From Mizuhopecten yessoensis (taxonomy: Eukaryota), in contig NW_018403589.1 in assembly GCF_002113885.1 (NCBI RefSeq), forward strand, positions 1,494,813 through 1,558,812: 64,000 nucleotides of DNA. The letters are read 5' to 3'. Below are positions 1 to 13,085 of this stretch, piece by piece. The notes below the pieces were generated by a model, which was not told the DNA's origin, made no database searches, and saw nothing but the letters and a program-made list of their open reading frames with translations. The translations under genes and the position numbers were made by a program. Each line of letters begins with the position of its first letter. Position 1 is the stretch's first letter.

Positions 1-449
1 TGTTCATAAAATGTGTACCTTTAGATTTTATAATATTTAACTCGCAAAAATGTAGAATATTCACTATTAATATATGACTTCCCCGCCAAAACACGCAGAC
101 GACTAATAAAATGTGTACTTTACGTAACAACTCGGTATAGCTTAGTGCATCATTGTACATGCACTTTTAAATTGACTGGAAATGAATCAGTTAAACAATA
201 TTTGAGATAATCACATGGGTTTACTGATATAAATTTAAACAACAACATTTCAGAAGACATTACAATTATAGAAAAGACATCAACAGGAAGTGAGGAAGCA
301 CCAAAACAAATTAAAAGACTAAAACGGCAATTCGGGAGACATTAAATTTATAGAAAGACAGCAAGAACAGACAAAGCATCAAAACTAAAGGAAAGACAAC
401 AACAGCAACTCGGGAAACAACAAAATTATAGAAAAGACATCAACAGCGG

Positions 450-2400
450 AGACACCTAAATAATAGGAAAGACAATGGAATAAACGAAACGCCATACAAA
501 AAACAACCAGAATACTCAATGTGACACCTAAATAATAGGAAAGACAATGAAATAAACGAGACGCCATACAAAAAACAACCAGAAGACCCAATGTGACACC
601 AAAATAATAGGAAAGACAATGGAATAGACGAAACGCCATACAAAAAACAACCAGAATACCCAATGGGACACCTAAATAATAGGAAAGACAATGGAATAAA
701 CGAGCCGCCATACAAAAAACAACCAGAATACCCAATGTGACCCCTAAATAATAGGAAAGACAATGGAATAAACGAGACTCCATAAAAAAAAAACCCAGAA
801 TACCCAATGTGACACCTAAATAATAGGAAAGACAATGAAATAAACGAGACGCCATACAAAAAACAACCAGAATACCCAATGGGACACCTAAATAATAGGA
901 AAGACAATGGAATAAACAAGACGCCCAACAAAAAACAACCAGAATACCCAATGTGACACCCAAATAATAGGAAAGACAATGGAATAAACGAAACGACATA
1001 CAAAAAACAACCAGAATACCCAATGTGACACCTAAATAATAGGAAAGACAATGGAATAAACAAGACGCCCAACAAAAAACAACCAGAATACCCAATGTGA
1101 CACCCAAATAATAGGAAAGACAATGGAATAAACGAAACGACATACAAAAAACAACCAGAATACCCAATGTGACACAAAAATAATAGGAAAGCCAATGCAA
1201 TAAACGAAACGCCATACAAAAAACAACCAGAAGACCCAATGTGACACCAAAATAATAGGAAAGACAATGGAATAGACGAAACGCCATACAAAAAACAACC
1301 AGAATACCCAATATGACACCTAAATAATAGGAAAGACAATGGAATAAACGAGACGCCATAAAAAAAAAACCCAGAATACCCAATGTGACACCAAAATAAT
1401 AGGAAAGACAATGGAATAACGGAGACGCCATACAAAAAACAACCAGAATACCCAATGACACACCAAAATAATAGGAAAGACAATGGAATAACGGAGACGC
1501 CATACAAAAAACAACCAGAATACCCAATGGGACACCATGATAATAGGAAAGACAATGGAATAAACGAGACGCCATAAAAAAAAAAACCCAGAATACCCAA
1601 TGTGACACCTAAATAATAGGAAAGACAATGGAATAAACGAAACGCCATAAAAAAAAAACCCAGAATACCCAATGTGACACCTAAATAATAGGAAAGACAA
1701 TGGAATAAACGAAACGCCATACAACAACAACCAGAATACCTAATGTGACACCTAAATAATAGAAAAGACAATGGAATAAACGAAACGCCATACAAAAAAC
1801 AACCAGAATACCAATGAGACACCAAAATAATAGGAAAGACAATGGAATAAAGGAGACGCCATACAAAAAACAACCAGAATACCCAATGTGACACCTAAAT
1901 AATAGGATGACAATGGAATAAAGGAGACGCCATACAAAAAACAACCAGAATACCCAATGAGACACCAAAATAATGGGAAAGACAATGGAATAAACGAAAC
2001 GCCATACAAAAAACAACCAGAACACCCAATGAGACACCTCAATAATAGGAAAGACAATGGAATAAACGAAACGACATACAAAAAACAACCAGAATACCCA
2101 ATGTGAAACCTAAATAATAGGAAAGACAATGGAATAAACGAAACGACATACAAAAAACAACCAGAATACCCAATGTGAAACCTAAATAATAGGAAAGACA
2201 ATGGAATAAACAAAACGCCATACAAAAAACAACCAGAATACCCAATGTGACACCTAAATAATAGGAAAGACAATGGAAGAAACGAAACGCCATACAAAAA
2301 ACAACCACAATACCCAATGTGACACCAAAATAATAGGAAAGACAATGGAATAAACGAAACGCCATACAAAAAACAACCAGAATACCCAATGTGACACCAA
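450..2400. repeat. 72-bp tandem satellite, ~27 copies
   Basis: Unit GACACCTAAATAATAGGAAAGACAATGGAATAAACGAAACGCCATACAAAAAACAACCAGAATACCCAATGT recurs every 72 bp; degenerate precursor-like units at ~240-450. Explains the long minus-strand ORFs. Confidence 0.97.
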
Positions 2401-2555
2401 AATCAATGGGAAGACACCTTGAACCCCCAAGAAAGGATTATACTAAAATCAAATTTTCGGAAACCTGGGCATAAAAGAAGTTTAATTGAATTTAATGTCT
2501 ATTTATGAATACAGATATTTTTCAATTGTAATTTTCTGGCAATTTTAATGGACGT

Positions 2556-3313
2556 CAGGCATGGGGCAATTACATTGGCAATGTCATTAATTAAATTACA
2601 CATTACATGGGAAAAGTAGCATCACCATTACCATAACATGGTTTTCTTAATGTAATTAATTACCATTGCACATTACTTTTATTTAATATTCTGGGTAAAT
2701 ATGAGGTGACTTTCAAACTTCCAGAGATGGTGGTAAAACAATGGCAGCATTTTGCCTTGAAATTCCCCTTTGTGTGTTTGGGAATTTCAAAATGGCTCAA
2801 AACGCTCGAGTCCATCCTGTACAGTGAGCTGGACCTTCAGAAATGTGGTTAAGTTTTCAAGTGAAGATGTATTCACTATAAAATCACCCTTACAAAGATA
2901 GAATGTTCTGAATGGTCTACCCTGTTATGATACTTGTACTCACTGTGTGGCAATCTTTTGTTATCAAAATCACAAGTTACCTGGTCAATAGCTAAGCTAG
3001 GAATAGGGGATTATAGTGTCGATACAGGTGTAACCTCTTATTACCTGTGACCTTACATAATAAAGATTTACTTAGAAAACTTTCTATTTGATTAAATTGT
3101 ATAAAGGATACATGAAACATCAACATTCAAAATTAAAGAAATTAAAAGTAATTAGAAGTAATTGGGCATTACATGCATTTTTCAATGTAATTAATCAAAT
3201 TACCATTACATGTAATTGAAAAAAGCCTCAATTACACATTACATCCAATTAGTTAACAAAATGTAATTAATTGCAATTAATTACTATTACACATTACCAT
3301 TACCCCATGCCTA
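2556..3313. mobile_element. Non-autonomous hAT-like DNA transposon (MITE), 758 bp
   Basis: TIRs CAGGCATGGGGCAAT (2556) / ATTACCCCATGCCTA (ends 3313), 13/15 match; perfect 8-bp TSD ATGGACGT at 2548-2555 and 3314-3321; many subterminal ATTAC/GTAAT motifs. 8-bp TSD with CAG/TAG termini is the hAT signature. Confidence 0.9.
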
Positions 3314-5999
3314 ATGGACGTTATTTCCACTGCGGAGGAGGACTCAAAATATATCGATAAACCAAACAAAAACAGAAATACTAGGTACTGCTGTTTAGTC
3401 GCTACGGAAAAATGGTTTTAGTAGTTCCTAGGGGATAAAATAGTATAAAAGAATTATGAATAGGGAAATCGTTAAAATCCTGTTCAAACTTATGAAATCC
3501 CGGTAATACAACTGTATACGCCTCGTACAGTAGGTATTTGACGGAAACTGATATCGTGTAGAATTTGAGTGCGTACAACTTCTGTGTCGAACCTGACTCA
3601 TACGGTGTAAAGTAACTACACTATTAACACAGACCTGTGTTTAACCTTGATTTTAGATTTTAGAAACACATTTGGTATAATTTGGTAAAGAACAGTCCAC
3701 TTTTGTGCTGTCGTGTAAACTTGTTAACTATTTATAGACAGAGAAATGAGCAATGCATATGTATTGTGTCCAATCAATACGGTTCAAGCTAGAGCAAGGT
3801 TTATACCCGGAAGTAAACATCTCCTGGAACACAGAATATAAACTAAAATGGTTGATACTTTAAAGTTATTCTTGTTTGAAAGATTTCCGTTTGTATATAT
3901 GCATAAGTATGTATACCATGTATATCACACGATAAACTCCAATTTCAATAAATTTATTGTCAAATGACAAATGGATTGGGCAGCAGGCATAGCCACGATA
4001 AACTTAAGAGTAAGGGTGAGGGGGTTCCACTTCACCGTCCTTGATTAAATTTGTTTAAATATACAGCAATTTATTATGTGGTGCGTTATTTAAACTGTCA
4101 TTTTAATGGGTACTAGTGGACGGTACACTATCAATGTAAACTAGTTATATAAACAGAAACTATTGACTTTGTTTACAACAGCAAGACTTTATTTCAAATA
4201 AGTGATGCAGTTGATAAGGTTATGACTACTGTTGGTACAATGTACCTAATTAATTCGATGTCAAACTATCCAATCACTGACCAGAATATTGTCTGGTATA
4301 AGTTAAACATCACTTTTTATAGTTAACCCTGATTAACAAATATCAACTTAATCGCACAAAGTCACAATTACAGTCAGAATTTACGTTAGGTTCAAACGTT
4401 TGTTTACCATGTGTTAGAGTATTATATTAGTGATATCGCTGCCTTTCCTCCATTTTTGACAAGTTTTAGATTCGTGTAGTTGGTTCTGTGTGTCGTCTAG
4501 TAAAATATTTTGTATGCTTTGAACTGGAAAATTAAACAAGATAAAATTTAAAGTTCCAAAGAATTGAAAAAGTAAATATGATATAAGGTAATGAAGTTTA
4601 GTCAGGACTCAACTATATACCGAATGTGTAATGTTTAATAGCTTGAAGCCATGCGGCTCAAATGCATAACAATTAAACATCAAATTTGATTTGGAGAGTT
4701 TTGATATCTGATACAAAATAGAAACAAAATACTGTATTTTGTAATCCGAAGTTGTCGCCATCAGATTTGGCACACGTGCAAATATTTCCAAATTGAAATT
4801 TTAGAAGTGTAACGAAACGTGTAATTAAACTGACATCCAGAAACGTGCTTTTTGTAAAACTAGTGAAATACATAGATGGTAGATTACTTATAATTGACAT
4901 TGCTCCCTCAATCAGTGGTGAGACTTAAGGTAGTTAGTTTAATACTTAACCATTACACGTGCGCTGATTAACGAAAACACTCCAGGCCACGATTTTACGT
5001 CTACATTACAGCGAATCAACAGACATTTAGTGTTGAACCCTTGATTAGTTAATTACCTTATTTGCTGCTTTAGCTGACTCAATGGAGGTATACATATAAC
5101 TTTCATTCTGAACTATGCTTCATTTTAAAATATATGGATTTCAATCAAATATAGTTATTGGAAATAAAGTTATTTTGTATTTTGCAAAGTATACGGTTGT
5201 TGTTGGCTTTCATATTCGATATTATTTACTTGATTTTATTCAATAAAAATATATATCTCAACTAAAACTAAGACACGTATTTTCTTTTCAGTATCAGCTA
5301 TTAATGTTTAACGGTTTGATCGATTCAGAACTAATTTTATCTCGATTTCCGTTGGCGGTCAACTTACTTTTCCTGTGCTTCGATTTTACGAGAAAATCAA
5401 AGAAACATCAATACCCTCATTATGTTCGCTGGCGGTTTTCCCGCGATATAACAGTATACGTAGTTATAAACACCAATAACGAATCGGAACAGACGCTTTA
5501 CACGATAAAAAATAGGTTTTATATTAAGCCAACAATTTACCAGGAAAAACGAACATAATTGCTAGAACAGCAGGACTTTTCCCCTCATCTCAATCTAGGA
5601 ATGAAGGAAATAGGAAGTACGTAATTATTTAGCGACAATAGGTGAATATTATTTTAGTTTAAAAAAAAAAAAATTAACACAGCATTCTAGGTGAAGGCTG
5701 GGTGTTGTTGGGGGTTCAATGTAGCGATAGGGATGTCGTGATGAGATAGAAATGGGGTAGGGGTTGGGTTGGAGTTTGGGATCTGACCGACAAAAGTGTA
5801 AATAGAAGACAACATGTTTCATACTTGGTGTTTTTATCAGTTTTAAATGTATAACTGTGTGATATTGTAATATTTTTGTCTGAGTTAAACATCCTCACAA
5901 CAGTTAAGGTCATAAGCCTGATGCTTTTAATTTAAACATGTGTTATTGCCACAAGTATACAAACAGCAAAGGGATTGGGCACAAGTTACACGAACATTA

Positions 6000-6514
6000 A
6001 CTGGACCTGCTGCCCCCATTGCATGATCGTAAGATGCGACTAAATTTGGGATCTTATCTTTTCTCTTCTGTTTAAACAACTTTCTTCTTCCAAATGTCCC
6101 CATTGACAATGCCTCACTTTTGTCCTTTAGTTGAGCGTTCGCCCCTGTGAGGAAGGCTTTGGGTTCTGTCTCCTGGCCGAGACATACCAAAGTCTGTAAA
6201 AATGGTAGTTTCTACTCCTGCTTAACGCTCAGCAATTTAGGAGTGGGGCAATTGGTTCGCCCGTTATCAGTATAATGTGACCGGATGGGGTATCCTGCTG
6301 GGTGTCTTCGGCAGTATGTTTCAGTGAGGTAGCACTATGAAGTAGGCATCAGTTCCGTGCCATCACAAGGAGACAAACACGAACATATCGCAGCCTCCCA
6401 AAAAAACCACACACACATACACTACACGCATGCATCTTGTACACAGGGGAAGACGTCCTTAAATTGACCATAGCTGTTGACAGGACGTTAAACAACACTA
6501 ACCAAACCAAACCA
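6000..6514 (+). mobile_element. tRNA-headed SINE (Meta-SINE-like) with 5' leader
   Basis: 12-bp TSD ACACGAACATTA at 5988-5999 and 6515-6526; degenerate A/B boxes (TAGTTGAGC ~6128, GGGTTCTGTCTCC ~6161); central TCAGTATAATGTGACC...CAGTGAGGTAGCACTAT resembling the Meta domain as recalled; 3' end GGACGTTAAAC plus (AACCA)n tail. Confidence 0.8.
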
Positions 6515-6742
6515 ACACGAACATTATCGACGTCATTTCCCTATGTAAACCAATATTAGATATATACAATATAGACCGGTGCTTTTAAAGACATCACCAA
6601 AAATGTTTAGGTAGGAGAGAGGAGAGTAAAGAAAAGATAAAGCTCACAAGTGTTGTAATGGGGACAACAGACTGGTTTCATTTCTTTAATGTCCCTTGAA
6701 TGGAAAACACAGAAGAAAACCATGTATTCTGCTATTCTGCAA

Positions 6743-7250
6743 TGTGGTAGTGGTGTGGGGGTGCGGGGTGCGGGGTGCAGGTGGGGTGCGGGGTGCGGGT
6801 GGGGAGTAGGGAGTTGGGGTGTGTATTGTTGTAGTGGTGTCGGGGTGCGGCTGGGGATTAGGTGTCTGTATTGTGGTAGTGGTGTGGGGGTGCGGGTGGG
6901 GAGTAGGGGTGTGTATTGTGGTAGTGGTGTGGGGTGCGGGCTAGGAGTAGGGGTGTGTATTGTGGTAGTGGTGTGGGGTGCGGGTAGGTAGTAGGGGTCT
7001 GTATTGTTGTAGTGGTGTGGGGTGCGGGTGGGTAGTAGGGGTCTGTATTGTTGTAGTGGTGTGGGGTGCGGGGTGCGGGCATGTAGTAGGGGTCTGTATT
7101 GTTGTAGTGGTGTGGGGTGCGGGGTGTGGGTGGGTAGAAGGGGTCTGTATTGTTGTAGTGGTGTGGAGGTGAGGTGTGCGGGTGGGGAGTAGGGGTCTGT
7201 ATTGTTGAAGTGGTGTGGAGGTGAGGTGTGCGGGTGGGGAGTAGGGGTCT
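6743..7250. repeat. G/T-rich minisatellite, ~43-50-bp unit
   Basis: Repeated GTAGGGGTCTGTATTGTTGTAGTGGTGTGGGGTGCGGGTGGG variants; strongly strand-asymmetric. Confidence 0.92.
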
Positions 7251-10200
7251 ACAATTTGCGGGATATTGCAGGAGATGAAAGTCAATTGAGACACCGTGGG
7301 GAATGGATGCATACATGTGTTGAATGTGGTCAATGGGAAAGTAGATATATGTGCTCAGTGTAGGTAACAGATATGTGTCAGTAGGGACAACCCATCAGTG
7401 TAAAAGTGAGGCCACCACAGATTTTTGTTTAGTTGCTGTAGCAAATAAACGCTCAGTGTGAGCCGCAGATCTTTGGTCAATGGTCAAAAATTGCAAGTTC
7501 AGCAACTCAAAGTCCGTTAAGCTGTTGACATAGAAAAACATACCATTATACAGAGGTTTCGTATTAATCAATGACTTGTGTTGTAAGACCGTAGTGTGTA
7601 AACCTATACAATACAGACATATGTACGTCTATATATACGGGGTACAGCAACTGATACAGTATCCGGATTACAAACCAATCTATATGTACATGTCAATCCT
7701 ACTTCGTATTATCGCAAAAATAAATGTTACCGCCAACTACACATAGAAGTTATCTAATATTAAGAAAATAAAACCCCACAAGATAGAACAAGGGATACAA
7801 AGGTACACTGCAGGTCCATCATTTACGCCATTCCCGAACCCTGACCAGTTCAGTTTGTACCAGACACCCAGCAGACTTTCAGTTGACAAATGTAATGAAT
7901 AGGATGGAAATAACTAAATAAGGCTTCCGAATTTCTTCCATATCAATGCTGCGCAAGTTTGTTCAGTTTATATAGGAGTATATACAATCAAATAAAAACG
8001 TCTTCATAAAATCTGATTATATTTGACAGATTGCATGTATGAGAGGGATACACTGAGCTGGACCTGTTTATTACAATACATACATTGGCTTCATCAAACT
8101 TCATTTGCCAAAATGCCTGGTATTGAACGTAATCGCAAGAAAACATTACACACATATATATTGGACAATAAAGGTTAAAATAACTAGATGAAAACTCATA
8201 TAGATCCACTTACGGTTAGCAGTTATCCCGTTTAAGTCCGCTAAGTGTCTCCAAGTTCTACACCGAATCACAGCAGCGGTCGTACACCGCGACCTCAAGT
8301 AACCTATACGGGACCAAGAGGTGCGCACGCACCATGTAGGAGATAAACATGTCTGCAGACTCGGACAATGCGCATGCCTAAATAATGGTAATCTGCTTCG
8401 ATAAGCCCTCTATATAAGCCAAACATTAACCAAACGTACATGTACGTAGTGAGCATATAATCTGCAAGCATCATATTTCGCGTTTGAACGGATCTATAAA
8501 AGCTATGATTTGTGACAGGGTTGCCTCCCGCCATAAACGGAGATTGTTAAAGAGGAGACGCTAGCAGCACGTGATGTCTGATATGCGTTTAATTTTCCGA
8601 GTTCTGATTCATTGGTGATTTTAATTTCGATTCGTCACACTGGTATTAACTTTAACTAGTTTGGGAAACCTGAGTCTGACATCTAAGATGTTCGCTTGGT
8701 TGCTCAAATGTTTTCCATACTGTAACTATATGCGCGTTAATCTGATATTTCTAACACCTTGAATTAACTTCCAAAATGCTCGATGTACACACAATTTATC
8801 GTAGATTTTGGATTTGAATCCAAGACATTAGAAATACAAGATACAACCGCCTGTGCTGTAACATACAACGGACCACACCGGTATGGGCTTGCTTTTTAGT
8901 TTGACGTTACAGACAGCAGAAACAGGAAAACATAACTTGTGGCAACATATCTATTTTTCTCTTAAATAATTCTTAAGTTCTGCCGTTAATGGCACCTTGC
9001 AATCATGCAGTAGGCTATATGAGGCCTACACAACTGTGCGTGTTAGGAACAGATGGGGCTGTTAAATATATCAATCTATGTCTCACCAGCCCCGAACACA
9101 TTACTTACCATCGGTATTCTCGCACACGAGGGGCTTTAAGAATAAGAATGACGTTTTGTACGATATTTTTGGGTGCTGATAAAATAGCCTGCGATAAACC
9201 CGCGTTTGAACCCTATAAAAGTATCCCTCCTTATCTATCACACGATACACTTAGAAATTGTTCAATTCATCTTTATCACAACTTCAACGATAATGGTCCT
9301 TAGCTTTTCGTATCATTTATATCCCTCTACGTAAGCCTAACCTAACGTGCCCCGCATTAACCTGTCCAACATCCGGGCATTTCCTATTGAAGCTGATGAT
9401 TGCGCCTATAAAGTTATTATCGAGTGCCGGTATAAGTATGTACACGTTTAAAAGATAAATATTTACCGGTAAGTTATACGTCTGGAGCCAGACATTAAAT
9501 CGGGCCTGCTACATTGGATCTTTAATCGCTTGGATTGATAACAGTCTTTAAAAATCGTAATAAAAAAATAAAAGTTGCGAAAAAATGATTAAAATATTTA
9601 TATTGGTTTCCATTTTGATAAAGCGATAATTGATCAAGTTGACAGGACCAGGTACAGGTATCTCGTAACAGGTGTGTGTACACCTGTATCTTACCTGTGT
9701 GGGGTGTTTCAGACGATGTTCAGTCAATATAGTGATGACCAACGTTTAATTATTGATGTTTCGGTTCCTTCCGCCTTATATATCATAATACATTCAAAAA
9801 TGATGTATCGCTAGCCCTTTAATTCTGTACAAATTGCTTCAAGTGGTAATGAATTTAAAAACTGAAATTTGATTCCATTCTTCAATCGATATTCAAAGGT
9901 GTGTGTAAATGTAAAACATTTTTCATCTCCGCAACACTAAGCCTAGGTTTACAGCCTGGAATGGCTCAATATCAAAGCATGTGGGAGTGAATTAGCCATG
10001 TTTTAAGCATGAAGCATACAAGAAAAATATTATAAAACATCATTAAAATCTCTGGTGAAATTTCTATATGAAAACGTAATTATTCGTCTGATCAAGAAAA
10101 CATTTATCTAGTCTGCTTGCAACATGCTTACATGTCAAATACTGTTTATACAAAAATGCACATACAGTTGCAATAGGTTTGTGTTGTATTTATTTACAGT

Positions 10201-10779
10201 TGGATTCATATCAGTTGATCTAGTTTGGAGGCAAAATGCAATAATATTGAATAAATTGCAATATATATAAGGTGTAGGATTTCAAATATATGAAAACAGA
10301 GATGATTTAATTTAATTTCAAACTTACTTCCTATTATATTTGTTTTCGATAATGATTTGAGAAATGTTATTTGTTAAGATGTTGTTAATATGTCACCACG
10401 GTTTCCGTCGCTACAGCTTCACAAACATCAACATTTAACACAGTGTGTCCTTGTATATGTCATTGGAGGAAAGTGTGCTCCCGAAGGCAAGTTTTTGTTG
10501 TCGTCGCAATCACAGACGATGGATCCACTTAAAGGGCCGTTTTATAGTGTCATCTCAAAGAAATGTCGTAACCTGGGCACGTTAGGTCATATTATACTGA
10601 CAACGAACTAATCAGGGGTGTCTTTGGAAACCCTGCCAAACAGAAATGTTGATGTTTTGTAAGGAAGGCGAGAAAAGAAAAGACAGATGTTTAATTGTTT
10701 CAATCGACAGACAAGTCTCAGTTTGTACAATGTATCAGAACAGAAACTACAGAAAGAAAACCCCTCATTCCACCGGGCC

Positions 10780-11350
10780 CCACATTAGTCACCTCAAAAA
10801 AAACTACACATTAGTCGCCTCAGCAATAACTACACATTAGTCACCTCAAAAATAACAACACATCAGTCGCCTCAACAATAACTACACATCAGTCACCTCA
10901 ACAATAACTACACATTAGTCACCTCAACAATAACTTCACATTAATCGCCTCAACAATAACTACACATTAGTCGCCTTATAAATGATATGCACATTGGTGG
11001 CCCCGACAATAACTACACATTAGTCACCTCAACAATAACTACACATTAGTCGCCTTATAAATGGTATGCACATTGGTGGCCTCGACATTAACTACACATT
11101 AGTCACCTCAACAATAACTACACATTAGTCGCCTTAAAAAATAACTACACATTAGTCGCCTTATAAATGATATGCACATTGGTGGCCTCAAGAATAATTA
11201 AACACTAGTCACCTCAACAATAACTACACATTAGTCACCTCAACAATAACTACACATCAGTCACCTCAACAATAACTACACATTAGTCGCCTCAACAATA
11301 ACTACACATTAGTCGCCTTATAAATAATATGCACGTTGGTGGCCTCGACA
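10780..11350. repeat. 26-bp tandem repeat with recurring variant dimer
   Basis: Unit CACATTAGTCACCTCAACAATAACTA; variant block CGCCTTATAAAT..TATGCACATTGGTGGCC recurs four times. Confidence 0.93.
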
Positions 11351-12094
11351 GTAACATTCAATTGAATACAGCAAGGCTATACCTGCCAGAGCACGCGGAG
11401 GTAAATGTGGGGCGGAGGGTCTTTATAATAATTTATCTTGATGAATATATTTAGCGTCATACGAAACACATTTACGTTGCAGTATCGGTGTACTGCTAAA
11501 GATGATAGGTAGGGTCCTATAATCTGTCTAAATCATGACACCTCTTCAATTCTACCAAACAAGATTCAAGAACGCATACCTCAAGACGTTTTGTGCTCTA
11601 TATAATAATAACATGATCGGGAATATGTTGATTTATCAAAAAACAAATTTTAAGGTCTATTGACAAAATTAATATTTGCTATTTTTAAATACTCACAAAT
11701 ATTATCACAATGTAATGTGTTAATTTCCGGTCAGGGTTTTAATGTTGACAACCAATAAAACCCTACTCCACGTACCGTACACATATTGTGTATTGTACGT
11801 GCACTGAACAGGTAATATTAAAATACAATATCAGCGCTTACCAGGATTCAAGATTAATGTCAACATGTAATGCATGACCGTGCATTTGGAAGTTTGTCAT
11901 TGCCTGGGTGGGTCAGGATGACGAGTAGAAGCCCCACCTGTTTATTGGATAGCGACGAGTAAACACCTGGTATAGTATATGCTGTAATAGTCAGTAACGT
12001 ACACTGTAGTAATATATGACCGAAAACCAGACGTTCTAAGGTGAAAAACACACGATATTGTGTATAAAATGCTCATTTTAAGTAACTGAAGTTA

Positions 12095-13085
12095 GACATA
12101 TTCTGTATGACATCCAATAATATAACGATATGGTTTGAAACATCCAATATTGTATCGATATGGTGTGACATATCCAATATAGTGCCGATACGGCGTGATA
12201 AATCCAATATTGTATTGATACGGTATGATATATGCAATATTTTATTGATACGATGTGAAACATGACACATTGTATCGATACGGTGATATATATAAGCAAT
12301 ATTGTATTGATATGGTGTGATATATTCAATATTGTATTGATACGGTATGATATAACCAATATTGTATTGATACGGTGTGACATATCCAATATAATACCGA
12401 TACGGTGTGATATATCGAATATAGTACCGATACGGTTTGACATATCCAATATTGTATTGATACGGTGTGATTTATTGAATAAGGTATCGATACGGTGTGA
12501 TGTATACACTATAGTATTGAAACGGTGTGATATATCCAATATAGTACCGATACGTTGTGAAACATTACTATTGTATCGATACGGTGTGATTTATCCAATA
12601 TTGTATACATACGGTGTGATTTATCCAATATTGTTTCGATACGGTGTGAAACATTACATATTGTATCGATACGGTGTGACATATCCAATATAATACCGAT
12701 ACGGTGTGATATATCGAAAATAGTACCGATACGGTTTGACATATCCAATATTGTATTGATACGGTATGATATATTGAATAAGGTATCGATACGGTGTGAT
12801 GTATCCACTATAGTATTGAAACGGGGTGATATATCCAATATAGTACCGATACGGTGTGAAACATTACTATTGTATCGATACGGTGTGATTTATCCAATAT
12901 TGTATACATACGGTGTGATTTATCCAATATTGTTTCGATACGGTGTGAAACATTACATATTGTATCGATACGGTGTGATATATCCAGCATTGTATCGATA
13001 CGGTGTGATATATCCAATAAAGTACCGATACGGTGTGATATATCCAATATTGTATCGATACGATGTGATATATTGTATCGATATA
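12095..13085. repeat. 30-bp tandem repeat with 299-bp higher-order duplication
   Basis: Unit TACGGTGTGATATATCCAATATTGTATCGA; the same succession of variants starts at 12391 and again at 12690. Confidence 0.95.

Noticed and set aside
3800-5500. Isolated ETS (CCGGAAGT) and E2F-like (TTTTCCCGCG) motifs
   Set aside because: Short motifs with no linked exon; expected by chance.
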